From Pseudomonadota bacterium (GTDB taxonomy: Bacteria > Desulfobacterota > Desulfobacteria > Desulfobacterales > UBA11574): a stretch of 64,000 bases of DNA. This document shows, piece by piece, positions 1-8,501 of the stretch. How positions within the stretch are numbered: position 1 is the stretch's first letter; the number at the start of each line of letters is the position of its first letter. The notes under the pieces are model-generated. The model was not told the DNA's origin. It saw nothing but the letters and a program-made list of their open reading frames with translations, and ran no database searches. The stretch lies in the NCBI GenBank assembly GCA_043827325.1, contig JBDRPF010000037.1, positions 8,887 through 72,886 on the forward strand. Direction: 5' to 3'. The position numbers and the translations under genes are program-made.

Positions 1-174
1 GCTGACCATTCCCTTGAGGACGACATAAATTTGATCCGCCCGGCTGCCTCTATGGTAAACAATGGCACCCTTTTTAAATGTTTTTTTGTTCGTGATTTTG
101 GAAAGTTCTTCCAGCTGATCCTTGGAGAACGCCTTGAACACATCCAACTTTTTAAGATTGTCGACTTCGGTCAT
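1..174 (-). CDS. cyclic-nucleotide-binding (Crp/cNMP-type) domain protein, N-terminal part; the gene runs off the left edge
   Basis: Manual minus-strand translation from the ATG at 174 gives MTEVDNLKKLDVFKAFSKDQLEELSKITNKKTFKKGAIVYHRGSRADQIYVVLKGMVS, a typical start of a cNMP-binding barrel. GGAGG lies 6 nt upstream of the ATG. Confidence 0.6.
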   Translation of the reverse strand, partial: MTEVDNLKKLDVFKAFSKDQLEELSKITNKKTFKKGAIVYHRGSRADQIYVVLKGMVS

Positions 175-246
175 AATTAACCTCCTTCCGTGAGCCCATC
201 ATGGGTGGTTTCATTTTACTTCCCTTAAACAGTTGTCTTTTTGATA

Positions 247-999
247 CTATCCGGCCTTTATCTCTTTTCCGAATTTCGCTTTAAAGGCTGTCTCGACAAT
301 ATCGGCGGCCCATTTCGGGCTGCTGATATAATCAAAGTTGATCACCATATCGAATTCATACGGGGTTGCTTCTTTTTTCCCGTAAACTTTTTTAAAGAAA
401 TCTTTTTGCTCCTTGTCTATTTCATTTATCTTGCCGTCGGCTTCGGTTTTGTCCACCTTGAGTATTTTAGAGAGGCGATTGATTCGATGGCTTCGGCCGC
501 CGATGAAACGAACGGCCAGAATGCGGTCTCGCGGTAAAATCAAATGCGTCCCTCTTCCCACAAATATGGTGGGCTCTATATGCGCAAGTGACAGGACGGC
601 GCTGAAAAGATGTCTGCTGTAGTCGCTCTTGATGAATGACTTTTCGCCGAAGATCATCGCCAAAAGTTCACTCATCTTTCCCGGATAGATTTCGTCGAAA
701 AAACCGACCGTTTTTTCACTCAGTTTCGCCTTCTTGGCAATTTCTTCAAGTATCTGCCTGTCAAAAACGCGGTAACCGATTTTTTCCGCCAGGATATCCG
801 CAACCTCAAGAGCACCGACCCCGATCTTTCTGGAAAAACAGATGGTCGGGGGGATCGTTAACTTCGCTTTTGCCGATTTCTTTTGGCGGCGCCGTATTTC
901 TCTTTCGCGCATGTAGCGCTCGGCGAGTTCCGCAGCGCCCGGCCGTCTCGTTGCATACATACCGGGTATGTATTTTGTCTTGTCTCTGGATGCTGTCAT
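247..999 (-). CDS. cytidylate kinase-like family protein (degenerate P-loop)
   Basis: 250-aa ORF. The ICFSRKIGVGALEVADILAEKIGYRVFDRQILEEIAKKA region resembles the cytidylate-kinase-like family. A sigma54 promoter lies 121 nt upstream. Confidence 0.6.
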   Translation of the reverse strand: MTASRDKTKYIPGMYATRRPGAAELAERYMREREIRRRQKKSAKAKLTIPPTICFSRKIGVGALEVADILAEKIGYRVFDRQILEEIAKKAKLSEKTVGFFDEIYPGKMSELLAMIFGEKSFIKSDYSRHLFSAVLSLAHIEPTIFVGRGTHLILPRDRILAVRFIGGRSHRINRLSKILKVDKTEADGKINEIDKEQKDFFKKVYGKKEATPYEFDMVINFDYISSPKWAADIVETAFKAKFGKEIKAG

Positions 1000-1119
1000 G
1001 TAATCCCCCTTTTTATGGTTTGCAGTAACGGTTTAAGTTAATCTAAAATTTCATATTATCAGGAGCATTTGTCAGACCGATGCGTGGACAAATGAAATTT
1101 TTGTTTAACTCAAGAATTA

Positions 1120-1134
1120 GCAATTTGCATGCCA
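1120..1134 (-). promoter_or_regulatory. sigma54 -24/-12 promoter (TGGCAT-GCAAA-TTGC on the minus strand)
   Basis: Exact GG-N10-GC geometry. The enhancer palindrome lies 112 bp upstream. Confidence 0.65.
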
Positions 1135-1226
1135 GTTGCGGACACGCGAGAAATTTTAGTAACCATTTGAATATAAAAGAAATGTTGTGAGGTTGGAAAA
1201 TGAGTGACAAAAGCGCTCGAAAATCG

Positions 1227-1254
1227 TGTCTGAAATTTTTACATGGTGTAAAGG
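1227..1254. promoter_or_regulatory. putative bEBP enhancer (UAS) copy 1: TGTCTGAAATTTTTACAtggTGTAAAGG
   Basis: Member of the 7-copy motif TGTC-N6-TTTTACA-N3-TGTAAAA. Confidence 0.6.
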
Positions 1255-1299
1255 TGGGATTTTGTACAGGGCATCGATTGTTTGTTACAAACCCCACAA

Positions 1300-1986
1300 T
1301 TATTGCGTCACATACATTTCCCGGATGTTTTCCCGGTGATCGATCATGTAGCGCATGGTCGCGGCTTTTTTCAGATCCTCTATCAGTTTCGGCAATCGCG
1401 CACGGTCGATTTGTTGCGCCCGCACATAGAGGTTTCGATATCCGGGAGGGGCGCTTTGATAGGAGGCCAGAATGCTGACGAGCTGTCCTCCATAACTGCG
1501 AACGATGTCCGTAATCTGTTTGATAGACCCCGGATGGTCCTTTATGACAAAAGCGAACTGTACGCCCTTTTTGTACACACCGGTCAGGTTGGTCAAGATC
1601 CGGAACAGGTCCGTCTGGGTTATGATCCCCACGACCCGGCCGTTTTCATCCACAACCGGAACAGCGGAAATTTTGTTTTTTATAAGAATTTGCGCGGTCT
1701 CTTCTATGGAAAAATCCGGAGAAACGGTTATGGGATTTCGGGTCATGATACTTTTCACCTTGATTTTGGAAATCAGATAGAAGAGTTCATGAATTTCCAG
1801 CGACGTGGCATCGGAAGCGGACGCTCTTTTCAAATCCCGATCCGTTATAACCCCCACCAGTTTTTTGTTCTTCATTACCGGAAGAATACGAATGTTGTTT
1901 TCCTTGAGAAGCGTAATGGCCTCCTGCATGGAATCCTCTGCTTCAATCGTGATCACCGGCGCACTCATCCAGTTTGAAACAAGCAT
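1300..1986 (-). CDS. CBS-pair + ACT-like domain protein (AcuB-like)
   Basis: 228 aa with two CBS repeats (VITDRDLKRA, GIITQTDLFRI) and a C-terminal ACT-like region. It is a close paralog of 8502..9182. Confidence 0.8.
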   Translation of the reverse strand: MLVSNWMSAPVITIEAEDSMQEAITLLKENNIRILPVMKNKKLVGVITDRDLKRASASDATSLEIHELFYLISKIKVKSIMTRNPITVSPDFSIEETAQILIKNKISAVPVVDENGRVVGIITQTDLFRILTNLTGVYKKGVQFAFVIKDHPGSIKQITDIVRSYGGQLVSILASYQSAPPGYRNLYVRAQQIDRARLPKLIEDLKKAATMRYMIDHRENIREMYVTQ

Positions 1987-2013
1987 GGGAACACCTCATT
2001 TTATTTGGTTTTG

Positions 2014-2038
2014 AAAAAAACCGGGCCTTTGGCCCCGG
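2014..2038 (-). terminator. hairpin + U-tract directly after the usp stop codon (CCGGGGCC-AAA-GGCCCGG-TTTTTTT on the minus strand)
   Basis: GC stem followed by 7 T. It belongs to the repeated TAAAGAATYCGGG hairpin element. Confidence 0.5.
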
Positions 2039-2043
2039 ATTCT

Positions 2044-2517
2044 TTACTCGCGGCTGTGAGGTTCCGACCGTATGCTCAGCAACGGGACCGGGCAGTGGCG
2101 AAACATCTTCTCTGCTGTTGTGCCGAAAAGAATACCCTTCAGGTTGGTGCGGCCCTTCGGTCCCATAACCACGAGATCTGCATCCTCTTCCCGCACTGTC
2201 TTTATGAGTTCTTCAAACGGGATCCCGACTTTGAAAACCTTTTTGAATAAAAGGTATTTGAAGGATGCCTCCTGCATCATCACGTCGATCTGCCCGGATC
2301 GGTCCTCCGTTTGAAGTTCTATAAATTTTTCAACCGAAATCATCGCGCCGTATATCGCAACTCTTTTCACGATGTCCACTTCCTGCTGATTGATGACATT
2401 CGTTATAATCAAATCGGCCTTGAGGCTCTCGGCCAGTTCGGCAGCATACGTTAAAGCCGCTTTTGAATACTCGGAAAAGTCACAGGCAACCATAATTTTA
2501 CTGATTTTTTTCATCAT
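2044..2517 (-). CDS. universal stress protein (UspA family)
   Basis: 157 aa with [12 protein letters not shown] at the N-terminus and a VVMGPKGRT...[19 protein letters not shown]-binding-type C-terminus. Confidence 0.85.
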   Translation of the reverse strand: MMKKISKIMVACDFSEYSKAALTYAAELAESLKADLIITNVINQQEVDIVKRVAIYGAMISVEKFIELQTEDRSGQIDVMMQEASFKYLLFKKVFKVGIPFEELIKTVREEDADLVVMGPKGRTNLKGILFGTTAEKMFRHCPVPLLSIRSEPHSRE

Positions 2518-2566
2518 TTATCTCCTCGCGTTGGACATGTTTAATTGAAGGGTATCCGGTGATAAC

Positions 2567-2581
2567 GCAAAAGGTGTGCCA
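2567..2581 (-). promoter_or_regulatory. sigma54 -24/-12 promoter (TGGCAC-ACCTT-TTGC)
   Basis: Perfect consensus, 50 nt upstream of the usp ATG. The UAS lies 116 bp upstream. Confidence 0.75.
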
Positions 2582-2677
2582 CAGGTGGAACAGAGAGAAC
2601 ACAGAGCATAACTGTTCGATACTTTGGGATATCTTCGGGACTCGATAAAATGTCCCTGTCTGGCGGGATAGGGTTCG

Positions 2678-2706
2678 TGTCAGAATTTTTTACAAAATGT
2701 AAAAGG
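2678..2706. promoter_or_regulatory. putative bEBP enhancer (UAS) copy 2: TGTCAGAATTTTTTACAaaaTGTAAAAGG
   Basis: Perfect 7-3-7 palindrome. Its first 17 nt are identical to those of copy 5. Confidence 0.65.
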
Positions 2707-2753
2707 AGATAAAAACGGATTTTTTGCCGGGACAGTTTTTGGGGGGGACCTCA

Positions 2754-4427
2754 TTAATTTACAGTGAAATTTTCGGCGGGCCCGATAAGGATTTCAGGGT
2801 ATTCCTGTCCTGTCCACGCTTCAGATCCTTTTGTTTTGAACAATTTGGGCATTTTTTTCGATTTTCTTTTTACATCAAGGAGTTTTGTGTTTTTTGGAAG
2901 GACTTTCGTATTTTCCAGGTTGATCAGCGGACGCTGTAACATTTTTTCATAAAGATGGATGTAGTGCTGCGCAGTAACCCTGTGATTGAATCGTGAAGCG
3001 CTTTGCTTCATGATCCGGCCGACCTGCCGCTCTCTTTCTTTCGGGGGTGACATGAAAAATCGCATGGCCTCATCTATGGCCCAGGACAGACCGCCGGCAT
3101 CAAAGGTTTTGAACAAAAAGCCGTTGCCTGTATTGTTAGACGCGTCCAGATGGGTGACCGTGTCGTGAATTCCTCCGGTATCGTGAGCGACGGGAAGGGA
3201 TCCATATAACGCCCCGATCATCTGGGGGAGCCCGCAGGGTTCGAAGCTGGAAGGCATCAGCACAAAATCCGAACCGGCGTAGGCAATGCGGGCCAAACGT
3301 TCCTTGAAGCCGCATACGGCGACCCGGTTGGACAGATTATGGAACCGAACAATGTCTTTGAAATGCCGTTGAAACTCCCCGTCCGCCACAAAGACGAACT
3401 GCAAATTATCCTCCCAATAGCGCGAAACCACCTGATAAAGGATTTCGGACAGCAATTGACAGCCCTTTTGAACCGGGTCCAGGCGCGACGGCCAAAAAAA
3501 GACGGGGGCCTGCACATCCTGAATTAAGCCAAGAGTTGTCTGAAGAACGCGCTTGTTGACCTTTTTTCCTAAAACATGGTCGTTTGCGGAATATCTGCAG
3601 GGCAGCGCCTCATCTCCGGACGGATCATAAGAAGGATCGGGGGCATTCAGAATCCCCGCCGCACATCCGGCGGTGTTTTTGTTGGCCAGTTCCCGCCGCA
3701 GGGAGTCTTTTACAAAACCATGCCGGCCGTCGACGACTTCCTGAAGAAAGGTCGGGCTCACCGTATTGACAAAATGAGCGGCAAAAACCCCGCTTGTCAA
3801 AAAATCGACCGGGATGGCGTTTCTGGTGTTTTCATAGGAAGACGGAAAGGTCTCATAAAAAAGCTGCTGCCAGAACCCGGCGCCGTCGATGCCCCGGTCT
3901 TCGATTTCGGAAAGGGTGCTTCTTACCGTATGGATGTTGTGAATGGTAAACAGGCACGGAATACCCAGATGCCGGGCCATGGCCGGAATGAGACCGGTCA
4001 TCCAGTCGTTGCAATGGATGAGGTCGGGTTGAACTTGAGGGACAATGTTGTTGATCACCTCCCGCTGAAAGGCCAGGGCCATTTTGATGTTTTCATGCGC
4101 GTAACCGGAATAGACATTGTTGAGATAAAAAAACACCCGGTCCTGGGCCAGATGAATTCTTTCTTCAGGTACGGTTTTCCGTATCCTCCTCAGTTCCCTT
4201 CTGACTTCCATCGGCAACCGGCCGTTGAATATGGAACGGTAGTGCGGAAGGGCCACGTGGACATCGGCTCCCTTGCGGTAAAGCGAACTGATCAACGCTG
4301 CCGATACATCGGCAAGTCCCCCGGCTTTGGCATTCAGCTCATCGGATCCGTTGCCCATGCCCTCCGGAAGATAGGTGACTTCAGGCGTCACAATCAAAAC
4401 ACGGGGATTGGTCGAAGCGTTGATCAT
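2754..4427 (-). CDS. glgA: glycogen/starch synthase (GT5) with a C-terminal extension of about 60 aa
   Basis: 557 aa with the KAGGLADV (KxGGL) motif, the EPCGLPQM motif and an RVLIVTPE N-terminus. GGAG RBS. Confidence 0.85.
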   Translation of the reverse strand: MINASTNPRVLIVTPEVTYLPEGMGNGSDELNAKAGGLADVSAALISSLYRKGADVHVALPHYRSIFNGRLPMEVRRELRRIRKTVPEERIHLAQDRVFFYLNNVYSGYAHENIKMALAFQREVINNIVPQVQPDLIHCNDWMTGLIPAMARHLGIPCLFTIHNIHTVRSTLSEIEDRGIDGAGFWQQLFYETFPSSYENTRNAIPVDFLTSGVFAAHFVNTVSPTFLQEVVDGRHGFVKDSLRRELANKNTAGCAAGILNAPDPSYDPSGDEALPCRYSANDHVLGKKVNKRVLQTTLGLIQDVQAPVFFWPSRLDPVQKGCQLLSEILYQVVSRYWEDNLQFVFVADGEFQRHFKDIVRFHNLSNRVAVCGFKERLARIAYAGSDFVLMPSSFEPCGLPQMIGALYGSLPVAHDTGGIHDTVTHLDASNNTGNGFLFKTFDAGGLSWAIDEAMRFFMSPPKERERQVGRIMKQSASRFNHRVTAQHYIHLYEKMLQRPLINLENTKVLPKNTKLLDVKRKSKKMPKLFKTKGSEAWTGQEYPEILIGPAENFTVN

Positions 4428-4487
4428 GCTCTGTTTCTCCGATTTATTTTCTTAACAGAAATAGAAGAGATATAAGACCGGAATCAT

Positions 4488-4514
4488 GGGGGGGCGCATA
4501 AACGCCGCCCCCCC
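4488..4514. other. G7...C7 hairpin (GGGGGGGCG-cataaa-CGCCGCCCCCCC) between the hypothetical gene and glgA
   Basis: Complementary homopolymer arms read directly from the sequence. There is no U-tract. Confidence 0.5.
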
Positions 4515-4561
4515 GACGCAAGAGATGCTGCTCCCTTGCGCGTACAGAACGGGAAGAAGGG

Positions 4562-4825
4562 TTAAAGATCGAGGTGTTGACTCATTTCAAATTCCCATTC
4601 ATCTTCAAGGTACACGGAAATCAACTCCATGGTACGGTAATCCAAAACATCTTCTTCCCACCCAAGTCTGCTCAGAACCTTTTTCAGGTCGGCCGATCCG
4701 GGATCTCTTTCCGTGGCGACAATGTTGGACACGTCCTTGATCAGCCGATCGATTTCAAGGGAGAACAAGTGTCTGTCACCCAGCCTCGTTGATATCAGGT
4801 CTTTAAGTGTTGACATGGCGAACAT
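4562..4825 (-). CDS. hypothetical small acidic protein
   Basis: 87-aa ORF in line between the CBM48 gene and glgA. No recognisable motif and the start is uncertain (4825 or 4816). Confidence 0.35.
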   Translation of the reverse strand: MFAMSTLKDLISTRLGDRHLFSLEIDRLIKDVSNIVATERDPGSADLKKVLSRLGWEEDVLDYRTMELISVYLEDEWEFEMSQHLDL

Positions 4826-4894
4826 CCGGTTCGATCAGTGCACTTCGCACCATCAGGGTGTTATCGTGTCTCCATAAAATGATAGAATTCGGTC

Positions 4895-5191
4895 CTACAG
4901 ATCGGTCAGGTTAAGGACGCTGTTTCGGGTTCCAAAGCAGTTCGGACAGGCCTGCTCATTCCGGGGATCTTCTCTCCAGTTCCCGTCAATTACAAACTTG
5001 TATTCGTATTGTCCCGGAGAAAGCATCACCGTCTTGCTCCATATGCCGTTTCCATCATTTTTCATGGAGTGGCCTTTGGGGTTCCAGTTGTTAAAGTCCC
5101 CGGTCAGAACGACCTCTCCGGCCATCGCCGCTTCGAGTGAAAATGTCACTTTTCGTTTTTTTGCTGTCTGTTTTGATTTGACCTTTGCCAT
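4895..5191 (-). CDS. stand-alone glycogen-binding module protein (CBM48 / AMPK-beta GBD-like)
   Basis: The VLTGDFNNWNP...YEYKFVIDGNWREDP motif set is present. I moved the start to the ATG at 5191 (MAKVKSK), which has GGAGG upstream. Confidence 0.7.
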   Translation of the reverse strand: MAKVKSKQTAKKRKVTFSLEAAMAGEVVLTGDFNNWNPKGHSMKNDGNGIWSKTVMLSPGQYEYKFVIDGNWREDPRNEQACPNCFGTRNSVLNLTDL

Positions 5192-5336
5192 GTCATGCCT
5201 CCTTAAAAAAATTCCGAATCCACAATTAGAATGTGAGCCATCTTTTTGTTTCCTCATTTTTCGTTTTGGTTTGTCATGGTGGCCCCCGTTTGGTTATGAT
5301 GAAAAGTTGAATCCAACAACATGAGTCTCTGATACT

Positions 5337-5351
5337 GCAAGGCACATGCCA
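5337..5351 (-). promoter_or_regulatory. sigma54 -24/-12 promoter (TGGCAT-GTGCC-TTGC)
   Basis: Correct spacing, 146 nt upstream of the CBM48 start. A degenerate UAS lies 115 bp upstream. Confidence 0.6.
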
Positions 5352-5447
5352 TAATGAAGAAAATTTTTACGTTACTTTAACATACTAAAATCGTAATACA
5401 AAATAACCCCGGGCGCGAAAAAACGTGCAATTCAAACAGCAATTGCC

Positions 5448-5473
5448 GGTCGTTGTTTTTACAAGGTGGAAAA
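5448..5473. promoter_or_regulatory. putative bEBP enhancer (UAS) copy 3, degenerate: GGTCGTTGTTTTTACAaggTGGAAAA
   Basis: The left half-site is perfect, the right half has one mismatch and the flank is diverged. Confidence 0.45.
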
Positions 5474-5486
5474 AAACCGGACGGCC

Positions 5487-5669
5487 TTATTCAGTTGCTG
5501 TTGTGTTTTGCCCGCCGCAATATTCACGCCAGGCACAGTCAACCCGGTCGCAGCCATCTTTTTCCTTGCCGAAACAATCCGGGTTCCCCTCTATTCGTTG
5601 AACGCTTCGAATAAGGTGTGTCACATCCGGCAACCTGTTGTTTGGACCGGTGTTTGTTCTGTCTGGCAT
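5487..5669 (-). CDS. small Cys-rich protein (C-x7-C-x4-C-x5-C), paralog of 56341..56586
   Basis: LPDVTHLIRSVQRIEGNPDCFGKEKDGCDRVDCAWREYC aligns with FLDVTALIRSVQRAEGQTDCFRKGISDCDKAECTWRSFC. The RBS is weak. Confidence 0.5.
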   Translation of the reverse strand: MPDRTNTGPNNRLPDVTHLIRSVQRIEGNPDCFGKEKDGCDRVDCAWREYCGGQNTTATE

Positions 5670-6029
5670 TTCTAGCTTATCCGGAGTGATGCATTCTTCT
5701 TGAATGAATCGCCTTTACATATCCATCCGAAACCGTGCGGCGAATCCGCCCTTGACAAAAATGACCCATTAAAACACCCGTCACCGTGTGCAAAAAATGA
5801 TAATGACTGACGATCTATCTATTTCCGACTTTAATCGATTTGTCCATAGGGGGACGGCTTCATTTCTTCTGAGATTATTACCCGGGGGGGAATTTGCCCT
5901 ATACGGCAGGGGGGATTGTCCTGTTCAGCGAAGGAGGGAACACCGGGACTTCACCCCGGATGGAGATTCATGATGGGAATGCGCGGCCAGCCTGAAAAAA
6001 CCGATGCCCCGGTTTAATTCGACATTAGA

Positions 6030-6051
6030 GGGGGGGGTGAAACCACTTCCA
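6030..6051. repeat. inverted-repeat arm GAGGGGGGGGTGAAACCACTTCCA (partner at 8292..8316)
   Basis: The 14-nt core TGAAACCACTTCCA is identical to the reverse complement of 8292..8305, and both arms carry an adjacent G-run. Confidence 0.7.
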
Positions 6052-6081
6052 CTTTAAAATTTGAAACGCTCAGTTTAGGTT

Positions 6082-6759
6082 CTATTCTTTCCAGAGGTCC
6101 ACGTCGATGAGGCCGAGCTTTGCGGCAAAGCGGATCAGTTCCATGTTGCTGTGCAGATCAAGTTTGCGCATGATATTGGCGCGGTGGTTTTCGGCGGTTT
6201 TGGGGCTGATGAAAAGTTTCTCGGCGACCTGTTTTATGGGCAGTCCTTCGGCCAGCAGAACCGTGATCTCCTGCTCCCGGGGGGTCAGGGTGTCGTATTC
6301 GGACCCGGTTGCAACCGCCTCCTTGGCCGGCAATCCAACGAGCTTTTTTACCACCTGCTGGGAAACCGAAGTGTCCATATAATAATTGCCTTTCAGGACA
6401 TGATCCATTCCCTCCAGAAGTTTTTCCGCAGCGGATTCTTTCACCAGGTAGCCGGTTGCGCCCATTTGAAACGACCGAACGATATAGTCTATCTTGGAAT
6501 GCATGCTCACAATCATCACACAGGTCTTGGGAGAAATTGTTAAGATATCGCGGACCAGTTCGATGCCGCTTTTATCCGGGAGGGACACATCCACCAGGGC
6601 CAGGTCCGGTTTGAGGTCCCTGGCCAGTTTAAGGCCGGTTTTTGCGGTGCCGGCTTCTCCGACCACTTCATACTTCGGGCTGCGTCCGATGATTACCTTG
6701 AGGCCTTCCCGAAAAAGCGGGTGGTCGTCAACGATGATGATCTGCTTTCTCTGTGTCAC
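6082..6759 (-). CDS. NarL/FixJ-family response regulator (REC + LuxR-type HTH)
   Basis: 225 aa with IIIVDDHPLFREGL, TPREQEI...LFISPKTAENHRANIM. It is a paralog of 55140..55817 with the identical C-terminus GLIDVDLWKE. Confidence 0.9.
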   Translation of the reverse strand: MTQRKQIIIVDDHPLFREGLKVIIGRSPKYEVVGEAGTAKTGLKLARDLKPDLALVDVSLPDKSGIELVRDILTISPKTCVMIVSMHSKIDYIVRSFQMGATGYLVKESAAEKLLEGMDHVLKGNYYMDTSVSQQVVKKLVGLPAKEAVATGSEYDTLTPREQEITVLLAEGLPIKQVAEKLFISPKTAENHRANIMRKLDLHSNMELIRFAAKLGLIDVDLWKE

Positions 6760-8275
6760 GGTTTTCTTCTTTCGCGGCGAATTTTATCGCTATTTTGGTT
6801 CCTTGCCCGGGGTGGGATTGGACCGTCATTTGCCCTTTGAGCAGGTTCACCCTTTCCTCCATGCTTCGGAGCCCCATCCGTTTTGAACCGTCCAGCGCGC
6901 GCTTTCTCGCCTCCACGTCAAATCCGATTCCGTTGTCTTCTATTCGCAAAATGACGTTGGGCAGGGCACCGAGCAGCCGCACCGCTGCCGTGCCTGCATC
7001 GGCATGTTTTTGAATATTATTGAGGCCTTCCTGGACCAGACGGACAATGTGAATTTTAATATTATCGTCCATATCCAGGTGATCCAAACCGGCGGATTGA
7101 AAGTCAACCCTGATGCCGCTGTTTTTGGAAAACTCTTCGCAGTGCAATTCCAGCGAATGCACGAGCCCGATTTCATCCAGCCCGGGGGGGCGCAAATCAT
7201 AGGCCAGACCCCGAACGGCTGAAATGGTTTGCTCGATAAGCTTGGAATGTTTGGCCGCTTTTTTTCTCAGCTCGGGAGATATGTCATGTTGATCGTCGAA
7301 CAGGGTGTCACAGCCGATTTTCAGTATGGAAAGATTCTGGGCGATGCGATCGTGCAGCTCATAGGAAACCATCTGCCGCTCACGCTCCTGGGCCTGCAAC
7401 AGCATTTGTGACAGGTTCCGGATAAGATCGTCGGCCTGCTTTCGATCGGAAACATCGACAATAAAATTCAGGGAGGCTGGACGGCCTTCCCAGGAGATTA
7501 AGACCCCCTTTTTTTCCAGCCATTTTGTTCCGCCGTCCCGGCTGGTCATTCTGAGAATATAGGAATCAGGGACCGGTTCGCCGTTAAGCCGTTTGAGATG
7601 GTATTCACTTACCATGACGCGATCATCCGGATGGACAAATTCGATAAACGGCCTTGAGGTCAAGTCCGCCTCTGAATAACCGGCGATCCGGGCACCTTCA
7701 GGGTTGACCAGTTTGAGAAATCCGTCCTGGGTCACCAAAATGCCCACGTTGGCATTGTCGACGACCATGCGGTATTTTTTTTCACTCTCCAGCAGACGAT
7801 TTCTTGTTTCCTGGCGTTCGAAAACCAGCCCCAATCTTTCGGCAATGGTGTCGATCAGGGCTCTTTCCTCCTTCTGGAAGGGACCCTCGTCCCCTACAGG
7901 CTTCTCCTCCAGATAACAGACTTCCAAAGCGCCGATCGACTCGCCTTCCGAAACAATGCCGGCGGCCTGCTTCCAGCCGGTTTCTTTGAAATTTATTGTT
8001 TTGAACTCCTGACCTTTGACAGCGATGCGCGCGCAGGCGACTTCAGGATACCGCCATGCGGCACAGATGAGATCGACAGCCCTTTTGGCAACATCATCAA
8101 ATGAAATGCCGGGTTTTTCAATAAGATAAGATATGCCATACAGGCAGTTCAGTTCCTTGACCCGTTCTCGAAGTTCTTGCGCCAGCCTGTTCAACTCCTG
8201 GTCGGTTTGTTTCTGGGAAGGGGAGTTTTTTTTGAGTGCATCGGGTTCCGGCGGTACATGTTCGCTGTTCGTCAT
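6728..8275 (-). CDS. sensor histidine kinase (GAF-like + PAS + HisKA_3 + HATPase)
   Basis: 515 aa with the ELHDRIAQNLS H-box (HisKA_3 type) and DNGIGF, and a PAS region. It overlaps the response-regulator start by 32 nt. Confidence 0.85.
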   Translation of the reverse strand: MTNSEHVPPEPDALKKNSPSQKQTDQELNRLAQELRERVKELNCLYGISYLIEKPGISFDDVAKRAVDLICAAWRYPEVACARIAVKGQEFKTINFKETGWKQAAGIVSEGESIGALEVCYLEEKPVGDEGPFQKEERALIDTIAERLGLVFERQETRNRLLESEKKYRMVVDNANVGILVTQDGFLKLVNPEGARIAGYSEADLTSRPFIEFVHPDDRVMVSEYHLKRLNGEPVPDSYILRMTSRDGGTKWLEKKGVLISWEGRPASLNFIVDVSDRKQADDLIRNLSQMLLQAQERERQMVSYELHDRIAQNLSILKIGCDTLFDDQHDISPELRKKAAKHSKLIEQTISAVRGLAYDLRPPGLDEIGLVHSLELHCEEFSKNSGIRVDFQSAGLDHLDMDDNIKIHIVRLVQEGLNNIQKHADAGTAAVRLLGALPNVILRIEDNGIGFDVEARKRALDGSKRMGLRSMEERVNLLKGQMTVQSHPGQGTKIAIKFAAKEENRDTEKADHHR

Positions 8276-8291
8276 GACATTACCTTTTCGT

Positions 8292-8316
8292 TGGAAGTGG
8301 TTTCAAACCCCCCTCC
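8292..8316. repeat. inverted-repeat arm TGGAAGTGGTTTCAAACCCCCCTCC (partner at 6030..6051)
   Basis: See 6030..6051. This arm lies 17 nt upstream of the kinase ATG. Confidence 0.7.
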
Positions 8317-8453
8317 AATGCCCGATGGCAATGCCGCCAAAGGACGGATAAATTGCGATCCGGATCAAAATGCTTGCCCGCAGCCGGGCATGCCCTCGTC
8401 ACCCCGGCTAAATAAGACAGGGCCGTTAGCGGGGCAGGCATGATTTGAGGTTT

Positions 8454-8467
8454 TGAAACCACTTACA
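8454..8467. repeat. third copy of the core (TGAAACCACTTACA, 13/14 match), inverted relative to 8292..8305
   Basis: Read directly from the sequence. It could pair with 8292..8305 across about 148 nt. Confidence 0.55.
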
Positions 8468-8501
8468 GGGTGCTTAATTCTATATTTTAAATCAATTACT
8501 T

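Noticed and set aside
5788-5973. 61-aa plus-strand ORF in the intergenic region between the Cys-rich ORF and the NarL-type regulator
   Set aside because: It has no RBS, lies opposite to the surrounding transcription, and overlaps the conserved non-coding block, which is better explained as regulatory DNA.
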